Shown: positions 57,301 to 60,521 of the stretch, piece by piece
Layout of the letters: each line of letters opens with the position of its first letter
How positions within the stretch are numbered: position 1 is the first letter of the stretch
Source of the DNA: Clostridia bacterium
GTDB taxonomy: Bacteria; Bacillota; Clostridia; Christensenellales; CAG-917
Assembly: GCA_017618055.1 (NCBI GenBank)
Contig: JAFZVB010000014.1
Span: forward strand, 263,663-327,662
Length of the DNA: 64,000 bases
Direction: 5' to 3'
Translations under genes and position numbers: made by a program
The notes under the pieces: model-generated
Told to the model about the DNA's origin: nothing
Databases searched by the model: none
What the model saw: the letters and a program-made list of their open reading frames with translations, nothing else

Positions 57301-57938
57301 CCATAGTTGCTATTCCATGATGCGTTACTCCAGCTTCTTGAGCCCGAAATCATAGTTGAAGCATTTGGTGAACCATGAACTCCTATATATGAAACCGCTA
57401 TGGCGCACTCATCATCTGCCCCATCATCAAATAGACTTGTTGCTGATGCGTAATAACTGATACCACAATTCTTAATTGCTGCTTTTATTTTATTACTGAA
57501 CGTATATTCTAACCACCAAACATATCCAGTATCTCCACCATCACTCCTATCTAATCCAAAGCCACAATTATATGTTGTTCCCCAAGATTTATATGAATAC
57601 CAAGTAACAGATAAATTCGAACCCTTTTCAGAGTTGATGTAGAAATTATTCAACAATGTATTATTATTTGGGTTTGACCCAACATTATATGAAGATGTAA
57701 CCTGTGTACCAGAAGTACTGATTGTTGTTGGAGCAGCCAACTGTGTACCAGTTTTATCCGCAGCTTCAGCCAAACTATCAAAAGTGCCATTTTGAATACT
57801 GGAAGAAACGTTTGTATCGAGAACTATACAAACCATTGAGAAAACAAATATGAACAAGAAGGCAAGTAATCCTATCTTCCCTATCCTGTTAACCATCGTC
57901 TTGTTTTTGCTTCTTCCTTTTGTTTGTAATGTTCTCAT
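36375..57938 (-). CDS. Giant (7,187 aa) N-terminally anchored surface protein with GLUG-motif cassettes and MBG/YDG-type repeats
   Basis: Uninterrupted 21,564-nt ORF with AAGGAAG RBS. The N-terminus has a basic stretch plus TM helix (IGLLAFLFIFVFSMVCIVL). Dozens of (Y)VGG(I/L/F)(V/I)GY GLUG-like units are organised in five cassettes, each opened by a (W)G(T)..(S)PY.I.....L motif. There is a block of K.YDG/Y.G.-type Ig-like (MBG) repeats. No LPXTG or C-terminal TM helix. Confidence 0.85.
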   Translation of the reverse strand: MRTLQTKGRSKNKTMVNRIGKIGLLAFLFIFVFSMVCIVLDTNVSSSIQNGTFDSLAEAADKTGTQLAAPTTISTSGTQVTSSYNVGSNPNNNTLLNNFYINSEKGSNLSVTWYSYKSWGTTYNCGFGLDRSDGGDTGYVWWLEYTFSNKIKAAIKNCGISYYASATSLFDDGADDECAIAVSYIGVHGSPNASTMISGSRSWSNASWNSNYGGLAHSGSSWSDGGTSQSVGATSYNSSYRIPDNATGIRFIFAAISDSAIAGGFRNISMFLYLNNSPSPSASVSPSGTGTVTSSKTTYANTDASMGTNSFTTAVTPYYFKNWSWTTESGSTSTSYSDSVNQYPYTSNYVANYAIIPFSFNGHNYSNYNNETLQVLENKSSYITAYDLPSGFSIYVTYNGTSSTTAPTTAGDYTATIAIKYGNTTRGTRSISFSVVKGDFGRSDNTTQWGTSSNPYRIENETHLENLSKIVNGGKTYALNSVVGCDNGSITASDVVATADGSGNVNYSGCYFTIINNIGSSGNPITFRIGTDNTHYFAGTIYGGSNSNKNIYLNIGMSGTTNVGLFGYVSGASISYITTQGSVTGGSRTGGIVGFGNSLSSISNCSNTATINGAGSIGGIAGYSEGIAISNCSNSGNVTSTGSQAAGIIGYSNASGSLSGTITNNAKITGTGMVGGIGGQYHGTFGNSATITNGASANKNHATIGNITGTEDSVGGCFGFFDKSTASVTGLINYGSVTGKTALGGIVGRVQNVVKNAKNFGNVTSTATSARSGEIPTSLYAIGGITGYTSSNIQNSFNEGNISNSNATGVGGISGTYYAGNSPVISNCYNKGTITASSNIGGIVGYWNTALNYCYNEGSISASSNYGGIVGYLADSPTLTHCYNVTTTYYKAVGSGNPSSSSKAITIFKSSVASPAAQTGGTNWYYAAYPTGIVITPIIDGSTTSAWTNIVSSNINGYTAKLTIANNHYCSLTIGSSNTQPNAQTITGYTSSVAKSSVVYSTTSFDLTLTCNYASSTPNNNILDQYKDLAVNAINPYYTTRAHNVDTFTTATTPVPNYSKEFKYFNSSNASVTDCINVGTYRVVGYPYTGNALLGISNNTSGCVIQKLPLDNIKVAFSGDYSASSPHDFITLYSDTAENTSRTSTTLTYAFPKQESTPTKPYSIYRQEANKFHFYLIDKNDGDKIIDIDLLSTGDLSIAYSGNSGSDNVLQIKITLTNASGNIGTGSKDYCYAWAKYDYSGRPASGTKVWGTDASPYIISNEYELIRLYDICTNGDASWGSIYQDAAYTDNIAKCTASSYAGGIFHITNNLNVSGYTGFRIGKDATYRFAGSIYGKSGSTDTERTITLGTNYSFTSGYRPIEYIEATGTQYINIPDVNWDYWEIDCQYTATSSEMCIVGNQDGGSTNRWEMFCDSSRPYFNIWTNAESTTAGTVSATTRAVTTYTKSTGAVTTNGVQFATKTINVRPAYLFQYGGGSYYAKARLYGFRMKYNGVLTLDMIPCVRTSDSAIGLYDAVSGTFYPNNGSGKFTAGGNSSYSVGFIGYMRASGTCYLSNLTIAGSVAGQGYTGGLVGYLYATESSSAVRFVNVKNTATITGTTYVGGIVGYSNNSLSYVEGSISNTGEISGAGSYVGGLMGAYNGYLATNVSLINGDSSNINHATIGHVLNTGAYTGGIFGYKSSRTMNVSGITVTNYGKVDGKAALGGIVGRTTQPIVGAKNYGNVTSTGGTVNANKPVYLKGTVVGGIAGMTSTTLKNCENYGTVSGAYIIGGIIGTFYYDNTDSSHPEYAEYHPTIEGCVNKANVTATATNSYVGGIAGLWRGTIKTCSNTENGSAITITGKSYVGGYVGYYLYWEGCSLQSPANIASVTGNGSYVGGIVGYNEGTITGAVSNNKLVNGNASNGKYVGGFIGGNVGGTLTGITQLTISGGVTGKNYVGGYIGASKGSEIRIGTNSTLSGTITATSGSYVGGAFGYIYASGSQTTSTARSDSGSYFRFTPSTLTASLVHAGATGSYVGGIVGYCAGISIENGENSTFTAWTRSVNLAGVYYVGGIIGYMTTFPTASEDVKIYDNAISGMASATAVAVDDTVNPGHHYSITYTESEVEYTKYFIPTIYGTVSRSGHTITITDNNAFTSGDAMTYVSTSISGWYKNTATITGTSYVGGLIGKIDTGVGNYVTTAAYARGATGSSYMIGVEAVDDVPITQDLVIKLENTGTVTGKYFVGGNIGALLNNYNSPTVIYTSNIKAVVINTANITVTNGWYAGGIIGSVGTMQDADRQDSYGSIQINGLAKFKAEDNETSFSGNKTSTANTVGGSGSYYVGGVAGFINANGDNRIAYLVCTCKVTGSYYIGGLAGTMAGGANEVNGSSIYRCVCTPHSSVTLSTSTDYYHGSAYVGGLVGDAGAITISNSYVRGFNFDYVNGDRGGVAGRSTSSTTFVDSWSLHIVNGLNYATSYRNSNGKFALVDPGYPSSLPNYDELLVTAGLATTVGTASASDNTNFKAQLGYISVMATIPSGTDKYLVFYDTTGVPETNPNRYIHKGADDTLYDGILYGGKSGEPSNNLYSKTKVSANSFILAKNDVKFVNLEYSESTANNISNDKWITAFNNGRISNEYTISITSYNYNTSTKVFTVYAIVYYNNISTGSSEDVWKVGDITKTMTSGGSDLPLSIPDKATWIEYAAKVRAGTETYYNKYLKLTNDINLGTYNSSSNNFLFGDNSSNFFRGTLDGNGKTLTYTISASNDIGLFPKLGNNATIKNLNLAGSVSGTSGVGALAGAVPSSSVTIQNIDTSVTVSGSYHVGGLIGYSSGSVTIKDAVNTGRVSESSSVSNGGVGGIIGTVASGTSISIDSVRNAGEVRGDKSLGGIIGYVDGSGEILNSCNTGLVQSNTFIVNTFTYAGGVVGQVSAAGNVSVYACYNSGKVWGYNARVGGILGCDTDNRTSSSARTNIFFCFNSGDVLSGHPSHCTDISGGNNTFSQFSGGEVGGLAGMAINADIYYSYNIGNITSYGVTSHLYESQLRAGGLVGLMYRYRDASYSSLVYCYNAGVVKARSPVDDAIYISGLVGCSIYERNGAWTLDVLKYWSGANNLHSNATVAYNYSMHGQVDLGKKNGTTGTENMTKGSKYSNNDGYFGVDRNLAFMENYRTNEAGTASDSNGYLYVDCAYYASNWTIQDTLVNSGDMICRYDSTNGVGKVPSAMESGWSNGGSYGSTVLLRTSNAIKNKSNFGYIYIPGCLPQLSIFATDTESGVAMTGQTSGYDTTTQEYSLKTAGTEFSPYVIQNGIDLLGLSQLIAIDTSYTAASKYYAFANGYNNLDGNKLTSLDMNTLNLYGMTYYSHASYRATDGSKTIALVYTYPIATSPMTNHGTQTWYSADYNDSRNVGKNIRLFRRQNNNYLDGNSTYGANYYMIGQSASKYFAGSLVGFREVVNGEDISYPEIKNLHVKNTTTYTDPNESGQSAYAAFVGYGKGCILRDFSLGTGTTISVSATAASAYGAGFIAKAMEKGTFTGLQMHSGSSVTVTKSNAGTTYAGGIVAIARPNMTSATGSNTTTIEECTSAANITTSTSSSTDAYVGGILGYAQGLSTADVAGIYINKCTVNGGTITNGSYKTSGIGTGGIVGARNTIGKLNITNCKVGIDTGATTTIIGANSIGGIISATNGSQESDLTTITNCEIGSKGTLQRNSSTNNATYSSALGGFVGYSQRCKITGENIFKGTINSSSYAANNVGGLLGYMGSYTNIQGTVHIYGTINTGTTLSNYIGGAIGYVPTGGVVNIDGNYYINPQMTTSKAKYVGGFIGYNAGTAHILGSSSIMDIQQDAYASVGNAQVADDSTIAKTSVVTANTISADTHVGGFIGYNTGTLYVGHQTDAYNTASVGTFTATLVANVNGSTYVGGFVGFNAGLITTADSKCYVVNTGNICATINGATYIGGIVGYNAEGAHFNVAVQENYFANAGQVGNSTATQANRASYAGGVVGDTLGNFTNIGTLANTGAVYGNNYVGGSIGYFPDGALAGTMINGKAKEDTYGNLVSESSKNVSGNTTTYITQVQTNGDAATATEIDLYRSVTKDANYSYTIGKTVYYFTAPISGYVVEMDFDKVAITGSITTSANSDVTTSTSNIWTLSDSTANIINLSTTYKYTLGSSEYYYPSAYYGAVYNIPTDDPDLIMIYPTLQASTTQQSGASYSTQTTGTMTKGYKSYTSGSTYYFDATNLTGTVKTLQGANVVFSTLVISAIRNAMQGTMTANLGDIITAGQNYTFLVGTTRYFFKSPVYGQITNMVGNELTISPFEKRAVQKIVQGNTVKGGHNYLYESGGNYYRFTSPVTGTVTSVSGLTATLKFIAVGERSAIPSVTANWNLGGYVKAGVRYKFKIDGSNYRYFVAPYTGDITQIYIDNGTYYVRITNTDYSDMVVDDTITSSGYTAGYVNGFNNVGGVVAIVDTDASVDFYTEGGNLVEGVYTRFINFGTVASTDGTNVGGSIGTMKGTIYDINDSTGKTLNGEQQYIEFYNYGKVYVKQNGGGSIGVFSGQGAWARMFNYSDTTIMGAELSGTITTYANLGGCIGLVQSEGGNPVILRHSIMVNSGLVSAQTNRLQVNSTNVTGECIGGVIGKITDGAVGSTKDNWSVDLYSDGSVTAGRTTNDSANYAPMNYVGGLIGYIGATPVILKSVLNYTRRSGGSGTGSGSNVTYVSGHHYVGGIVGFNNSTVPQTGTDEQKASIKYCYNVGGRVISDDYTFTDSYNTSGTCGGIVGGIGSNRPLTYCCYWISAFGNDALKNATVSQLGTSLTSEWTSHFTAYDISLLQYSPTTWADYLHIYDSFYYATHSNTLPYDYYSYNESTEEYTYVGKRGYADIILDSSNVYSAAEIAECTDWFNTHVLDIEFGQGIYEYGGTDIAPISAQAYGESAYETLKQCVATRKGFNLADLEENTDGDLGIHTGGDTRYSTGNDNTGYFFAYASDAVTGGFSQHEIQTEHTNAASTPDFDLNVWKYISQAFGASNVGQSSSQLIYNYTATDDSYNASSTPHHTSSSKAIGNTQIYHIYAKTYAPNVNGYYLYAYAVNKAGFTVSYDVYDEAIYIDADSAVCKNVLIFFKKVNLGSVKLTYNSLERYAPITGLTNVEKKDQQYTFYQLDPNAAEGFNFGTDAGTYKIDGDIYYVPNKAYIFTASTTSLSNTTAITADNAAVEAGKNYTYKVGSTDYYFTALVDGWVPTVPTSTKYEILAPIKIGSVLSGETTYTWKIHPRKIVVNNTNLTTTYDKTEKSATLVVNQIIETDATVGTYSTIASLSSNGVYPEITTTPSIANPYPAFSAVVAEGTSVTSSTGASTKDGGYCTSTVTYHLKTYTIDITAVNSGTYKIRANSLKGTKKDNYQMSAKEAQLVIEKKELTATWHTDSYTWDGTDHSITLDLTGWAVGEATNDIKTWTDSVSFTLTKETSASGSFTKSSAAVTPSGSTSTASTKSTLTFTAKAKNTYRVNWTGGNPIGTNYVMPDNEQGEMTIAALQIKQKSKTEIGTITYDGNEHTVSISLKSVDAQGADYSLSAATIKTIYDAIKAKTSYTKTGSGPSSAGVSPVVTYSTMQTSAGVFNMTVTYHLKNAGNYTCRITNIGSASDDYYMAAQTLTNQIINQKTLTITPTGTSSEYSTSSPGPETVYNNVNIGLTKVEINGFVSSDTSSHASIVNTTEVGFTHSATASGTKATYNISTKNYGTYSITLAPQASTNYTFEEVSWYWRVKSRTITATATWSQITIENVETTSSESLSATAATKNYTYSTYPQGLKLIVFSNLATGHSAQNVISTTPSEGMIASVSGNNLTVRESGQSYTGTDDAGTYTLNIGYNGSDGNYTIDFKTRWVISPVSIKAKSNITSNTEAYYNGEKHNVVISYQIGESTLSNNAYGQDTISGSNAQIISGGTATTTVCNVGVYTLTVASSIGNGGITASRGGTVDKSANYVLDTSGFSSNITYTVLPLKIHFVWSETTTFVYNGQTHKVVLDGIKLYAGEDCVTGENVVTPKTTPTDVISGYTTTTYSFVGRTANETLTIVVVSDESIDYLASGTYASVANYSSFRATGTNTANIDTIDENYEYKNNNSTTFSIYKSIIVVSQFTTLATITKTYDGTTSIDPSHLNNNPVKGNYATASFTSTNGGLNTPNYSISNPRYNDANVGTNKIINYTVSVADSNYTFSTTTQSGTNGIITARVLSVDLYLKSNKTATKQYDDTELYGTATNVNGQTTAKSAKYRLGNGFTVSNIVSSEQSGDVIITGVYREATVSRRTANTSTGEPSYNKYVNNVVYSAGEYSINKNAGYYKELVFTISGNKAGNYLIRVTTPAVVGDASSEVVVRDTRTIETPQSYELNIEITRTQIKIDNYGNTIQSYAQSNNVYTYQTEEGWLPVTAQKPARVAESLSIVVTNTWMYENGNPANGWAHITSYRRIVGGPNKSLYAYLSGPQGMNWNYELRNQPTLVIDYFVVEDTEHYQISTLAGLMLASYYHNNYATLGQETGADTAYIYTWTVICTEEQYNLNPESYQATIEANDAYFDPDAPYPSDSTKQGVWGYWAETPTEPIKYDKFRLTADISGIMTSTDYDILENAFGISPTTGKPIWGYGNTYLTNFVQTNVGNQVTVIGNIFADSFVGEFDGNGYTIKNFNVLYNVSTDAATTINIGFFGYATSTSNIYDMNLRDIAINVYDTTSYANVINVGGLIGLNDSAKALTNTTVHASISVYASGTNKIVNVGGVVGFQVGSISDPDTVATKYSLASNPYTFPTEYDVNVAIENVIAIGSITVNNAGKNNLGGIVGVMRSGESGASVFNAVTLNEIQSRAGTTLAGGIIGYVCSSYTYSAGKITAFTQNVSDLAIANEIKYVLGSGIAQYLQDSILVWTGATSSSFVNKMIGNVTITGSTSTDAGRKATGLTYTELAYNGVESSYRRSQSHYINTNSNYIYLPENTVTRGIYDVISETTQGGTAKYASYIIGTGNDYSSNNPRESLRFVDIVYTYLLRLELTTLTQQITIESTNVNVRVYKQAQSSPMLGTRRGTDHIDANSQYTDRILLAYSQHYPLLRMFRFASFELTKQINLYTNNYNIVYSGAFYGHVYSDKVQVISSNAGSYTARKVGTKTYTTLASYVAAYQKFYGLTLEEVGGYYVYKDPAKINVGIMIQGETETVFEVEKNTIPYTREELKTGG
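37400..38530 (-). repeat. GLUG cassette 5 (C-terminal)
   Basis: The opener EDTEHYQISTLAGLMLASY is followed by IGFFGYAT, VGGLIGLND, VGGVVGFQV, LGGIVGVMR and AGGIIGYVC. Confidence 0.55.
38800..42700 (-). repeat. Array of MBG/YDG-type Ig-like repeats (~90-100 aa each)
   Basis: Recurrent strand motifs: TTTYDKTEKSATLVV, YTWDGTDHSITLDL, ITYDGNEHTVSISL, AYYNGEKHNVVISY, FVYNGQTHKVVLDG, ITKTYDGTTSIDPS, TKQYDDTELYG. They alternate with AGTYTL/VGVYTL/YGTYSI-type strands. Confidence 0.5.
44700..45830 (-). repeat. Six tandem ~55-65-aa modules with motif G..Y.(F/Y).(V/I/L)G(S/T)..Y(Y/R)F.(A/S)P..G.(V/I)
   Basis: Copies: YSYTIGKTVYYFTAPISGYVVEM, YKYTLGSSEYYYPSAYYGAVYNI, YKSYTSGSTYYFDATNLTGTVKTL, YTFLVGTTRYFFKSPVYGQITNM, YLYESGGNYYRFTSPVTGTVTSV, YKFKIDGSNYRYFVAPYTGDITQI. 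A seventh, isolated copy YTYKVGSTDYYFTALVDGWV lies at ~42,301-42,390. Confidence 0.5.
53345..53875 (-). other. Inserted ~175-aa domain inside cassette 2 (YIEATGTQYI ... GLYDAVSGTFYPNNGSGKFTAG)
   Basis: It starts with RPIEYIEATGTQYINIP and ends with IPCVRTSDSAIGLYDAVSGTFYPNNGSGKFTAGG. I recognise this start/end pattern from an uncharacterised, probably jelly-roll, domain in phage tail-fibre-like and Bacteroidota/Bacillota surface proteins. Confidence 0.4.
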
Positions 57939-58243
57939 TGTTTTCTTCTTCCTTTATTCTTATTTGGCGTCTAAATATTTATATTTAAGCCGTCAATGTA
58001 TTATATATGTATTTATGCTTTTTTATTTGATTAATCTTTATATTTATATAAATAAATGGCATTTCTATAATATATTATTACAATGTAATAATAAAATCAA
58101 TAATTTTTGACAAAATTTTTTAAAGATTTTAACTAATTTCAACAATATAAAAACGAGACACTTTTATATAATAATGTCGCAAATCTGCGTTGTTTTGTTC
58201 TCTGCCATCTCAAAAAATAGTTGAAATTTCTTTGCTAAAAATA

Positions 58244-58272
58244 TTGACAAACTATCTTGGTGGGTTTAATAT
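58244..58272 (+). promoter_or_regulatory. Sigma-A-type promoter of the T-box/trpB-like transcript
   Basis: TTGACA (58244-58249), a 17-nt spacer, then TAATAT (58267-58272). Confidence 0.6.
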
Positions 58273-58279
58273 GTACTAA

Positions 58280-58547
58280 ACCGTTGAAGGAAAGAAAACT
58301 AGTATATGACTTATAGAGAGTTCATGACGGTGGAAGATGAACAGAAACAGTACTAGATAATATGGTCTCCTGAGGGCTGTGGCAAAAAGAAATGAGTAGT
58401 CATGGACGTGGTAGCGTTAAATACAAGACTGTGATAGCAGTTATAAAGTGGATGACATAGTGATATGTTCTCAAGTACGGTGGCACCGCAGATTTAAAAA
58501 GAATTTGTCCGTACAGACCAGTGTTTGTCTGTGCGGTTTTTTATTTT
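58280..58547 (+). promoter_or_regulatory. T-box riboswitch leader (candidate Trp specifier) with intrinsic terminator
   Basis: Stem I elements: AGTA box (~58301), AGAGAG bulge (58315-58320), distal loop GACGGTGGAAG between GTTCAT/ATGAAC, and helix CTAGTA/TACTAG. T-box sequence GGTGGCACCGCA (58479-58490). Terminator CCGTACAGAC/GTCTGTGCGG (58509-58536) followed by TTTTTTATTTT. Confidence 0.8.
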
Positions 58548-58657
58548 AAACCCCTTAGACAAAGAACAAACAAGATCTAAAATCGCAATTGAGGCGGTTA
58601 GATATATGAAAAAATTAATAAAAAGACACATAGATTAAAGTGTCGAAGGAGAGAAAA

Positions 58658-60001
58658 ATGGAAAAAATACCTAGCAACATACCTTACAAGACTTATCTCA
58701 ATGAACATGATCTCCCTAAGGCATGGTACAATATTCGTGTAGATATGAAGAAGAAAGGAATAGATATTAATCCTTTACTTAATCCAGGCACAATGCAACC
58801 TGTAACTTTGGATGAATTATCTCATATCTTCTGCACAGAATTGGCAAAACAAGAATTGGACAATACAAACCAATACATCGAAATACCACAAGAAGTTCAA
58901 GATTTCTATAAAATGTATCGTCCATCCCCTATGGTTAGAGCATATTGCTTAGAAAAGATTCTTGGAACACCAGCAAAGATTTATTACAAATTTGAAGGTA
59001 ATAACACATCTGGTTCCCATAAACTTAATTCAGCTATAGCTCAAGCATACTATGCAAAAGCACAAGGAATCACAAACATTACAACAGAAACAGGTGCTGG
59101 ACAATGGGGTACTGCCCTTTCAATGGCTTGTGGATACTTTGGATTAGATCTTTTAGTATATATGGTTCGTTGTTCTGCTCAAAGTAAACCAATGAGAAAG
59201 ACATTAATGGAAACATATGGAGCACAAGTTATAGAAAGTCCTTCTACAACAACAAAAGTTGGACAAGCAATGTTAGATGCATCTCCAGATAACTACACAG
59301 GTTCTTTAGGAACTGCTATCTCAGAAGCTGTTGAAGTTGCTGTAACAAAACCTAATACACGCTATGAGTTGGGAAGTGTTTTGAACCAAGTATTATTACA
59401 TCAAACAGTAATAGGAATTGAATCAAAATTGGCTCTAGATTCTATAGATGAATATCCAGATATAGTTATTGGATGTATCGGCGGTGGTTCCAACTTCGGT
59501 GGACTTATTGCTGAATATATGCATGACAAACTAGATGGAAAAGGAAATGCACACTTCATAGCTGTTGAACCAGAATCCTGTCCAAGTTGCTCCAAAGGAG
59601 AATTTAGATATGACTTCTGCGACACAGGTAAAGTTACTCCTCTTGCTGAAATGTATACTCTTGGTTATGACTTTATGCCAGCACCAACACATGCAGGTGG
59701 ATTAAGATATCATGGAATGAGCCCAATCGTTTCAAAACTTATCAAAGAAGGATATGTAGACGAAGTAAGAGCTATAGACCAAGTATCTGTATTTGATGCT
59801 GCTGAACAATTCGCAAGATGTGAAGGTATCCTCCCTGCTCCAGAATCTGCACATGCAATTAAAGTTGCTATAGATGAAGCATTAAAGTGCAAAGAAAGTG
59901 GCGAAGCAAAGACAATTCTATTCGGTCTTACAGGAACTGGATATTTTGATCTCTATGCTTATGACAAGTTCAACAAACATACCTTAACAGGTAGCAATTA
60001 A
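58658..60001 (+). CDS. TrpB-like (TrpB2-type) PLP-dependent enzyme, stand-alone
   Basis: Start set to ATG 58658, behind AAGGAGAG. PLP-lysine context NTSGSHKLNSA. The GGGSNFGG loop and ~447-aa length are typical of the long TrpB2 class. No trpA or other trp genes are nearby. Confidence 0.8.
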   Translation: MEKIPSNIPYKTYLNEHDLPKAWYNIRVDMKKKGIDINPLLNPGTMQPVTLDELSHIFCTELAKQELDNTNQYIEIPQEVQDFYKMYRPSPMVRAYCLEKILGTPAKIYYKFEGNNTSGSHKLNSAIAQAYYAKAQGITNITTETGAGQWGTALSMACGYFGLDLLVYMVRCSAQSKPMRKTLMETYGAQVIESPSTTTKVGQAMLDASPDNYTGSLGTAISEAVEVAVTKPNTRYELGSVLNQVLLHQTVIGIESKLALDSIDEYPDIVIGCIGGGSNFGGLIAEYMHDKLDGKGNAHFIAVEPESCPSCSKGEFRYDFCDTGKVTPLAEMYTLGYDFMPAPTHAGGLRYHGMSPIVSKLIKEGYVDEVRAIDQVSVFDAAEQFARCEGILPAPESAHAIKVAIDEALKCKESGEAKTILFGLTGTGYFDLYAYDKFNKHTLTGSN

Positions 60002-60020
60002 TATCAAACCTTTATAAATA

Positions 60021-60056
60021 AAAAATTGTCCTCTAGAAATAGGGGACATTTTTATA
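60021..60056. terminator. Bidirectional rho-independent terminator
   Basis: Stem TGTCCTCT (60027-60034) / AGGGGACA (60041-60048), flanked by AAAAAA and TTTTTAT, between convergent genes. Confidence 0.7.
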
Positions 60057-60072
60057 TAATAAAAAAGCCAGA

Positions 60073-60372
60073 TTAAACTTCTGGCTCAGCCTCTGCTTCT
60101 ATTTCTGCTTTTAATTCGTATATTACGTGCCCGGTAAACACTTCCGAGAACATAAAGGTTTCAACAAAACTGTCATTTCCTTTATATATTCTCACTCCAA
60201 AAAATTTGTTGGTTGAATAGTCTATCTTACCAACTACTTCTCTCACAGATTTTCCATTTACAATAATATTTATTGTAATATCCTTGCCCATGTTGTTCTC
60301 AATTTCATTTAGATATTTCTCAATTGGAAAATCTTTTGGTGTTCTTTTGTTCCCTGCTGCATTCATAATCAA
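60073..60372 (-). CDS. Hypothetical 99-aa protein with an acidic C-terminal tail
   Basis: ORF with plausible coding pattern. Ends in EIEAEAEPEV. No family recognised. Confidence 0.4.
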   Translation of the reverse strand: MIMNAAGNKRTPKDFPIEKYLNEIENNMGKDITINIIVNGKSVREVVGKIDYSTNKFFGVRIYKGNDSFVETFMFSEVFTGHVIYELKAEIEAEAEPEV

Positions 60373-60521
60373 ACCCTTCCCATTTATGCATTATATCAGA
60401 AAAAGGCAAAAAATTAAAGATGGGTATTCAAAAAAATAATTAATTTTTCCGAATTAATTAAGTTTACAATACATCTCAAATACAATAAAATATGCTAAAC
60501 CATTTTATAAATGAGGCAAAA

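Noticed and set aside
36375-57938. Possibility that the giant ORF is an assembly artefact of collapsed or concatenated repeats
   Set aside because: The repeats are similar only at the protein-motif level. The nucleotide copies differ in codon choice and spacing, and the frame stays open for 7,187 codons. It still deserves long-read confirmation.
57939-58243. Promoter calls for the giant operon in the AT-rich upstream region (for example the minus-strand TTGATT-17-TAATAT around 58,070-58,100)
   Set aside because: In DNA this AT-rich, -35/-10-like hexamers occur by chance every few tens of bases. Without a TSS or conservation I cannot support a specific call.
58392-58394. AUG in ...AAGAAAUGAGUAG... 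as a Met specifier of the T-box
   Set aside because: The GAA-NNN-A context looks specifier-like. However, it lies 3' of the point where Stem I appears to close, in what is more likely the Stem II S-turn region. This remains uncertain without a covariance-model alignment.
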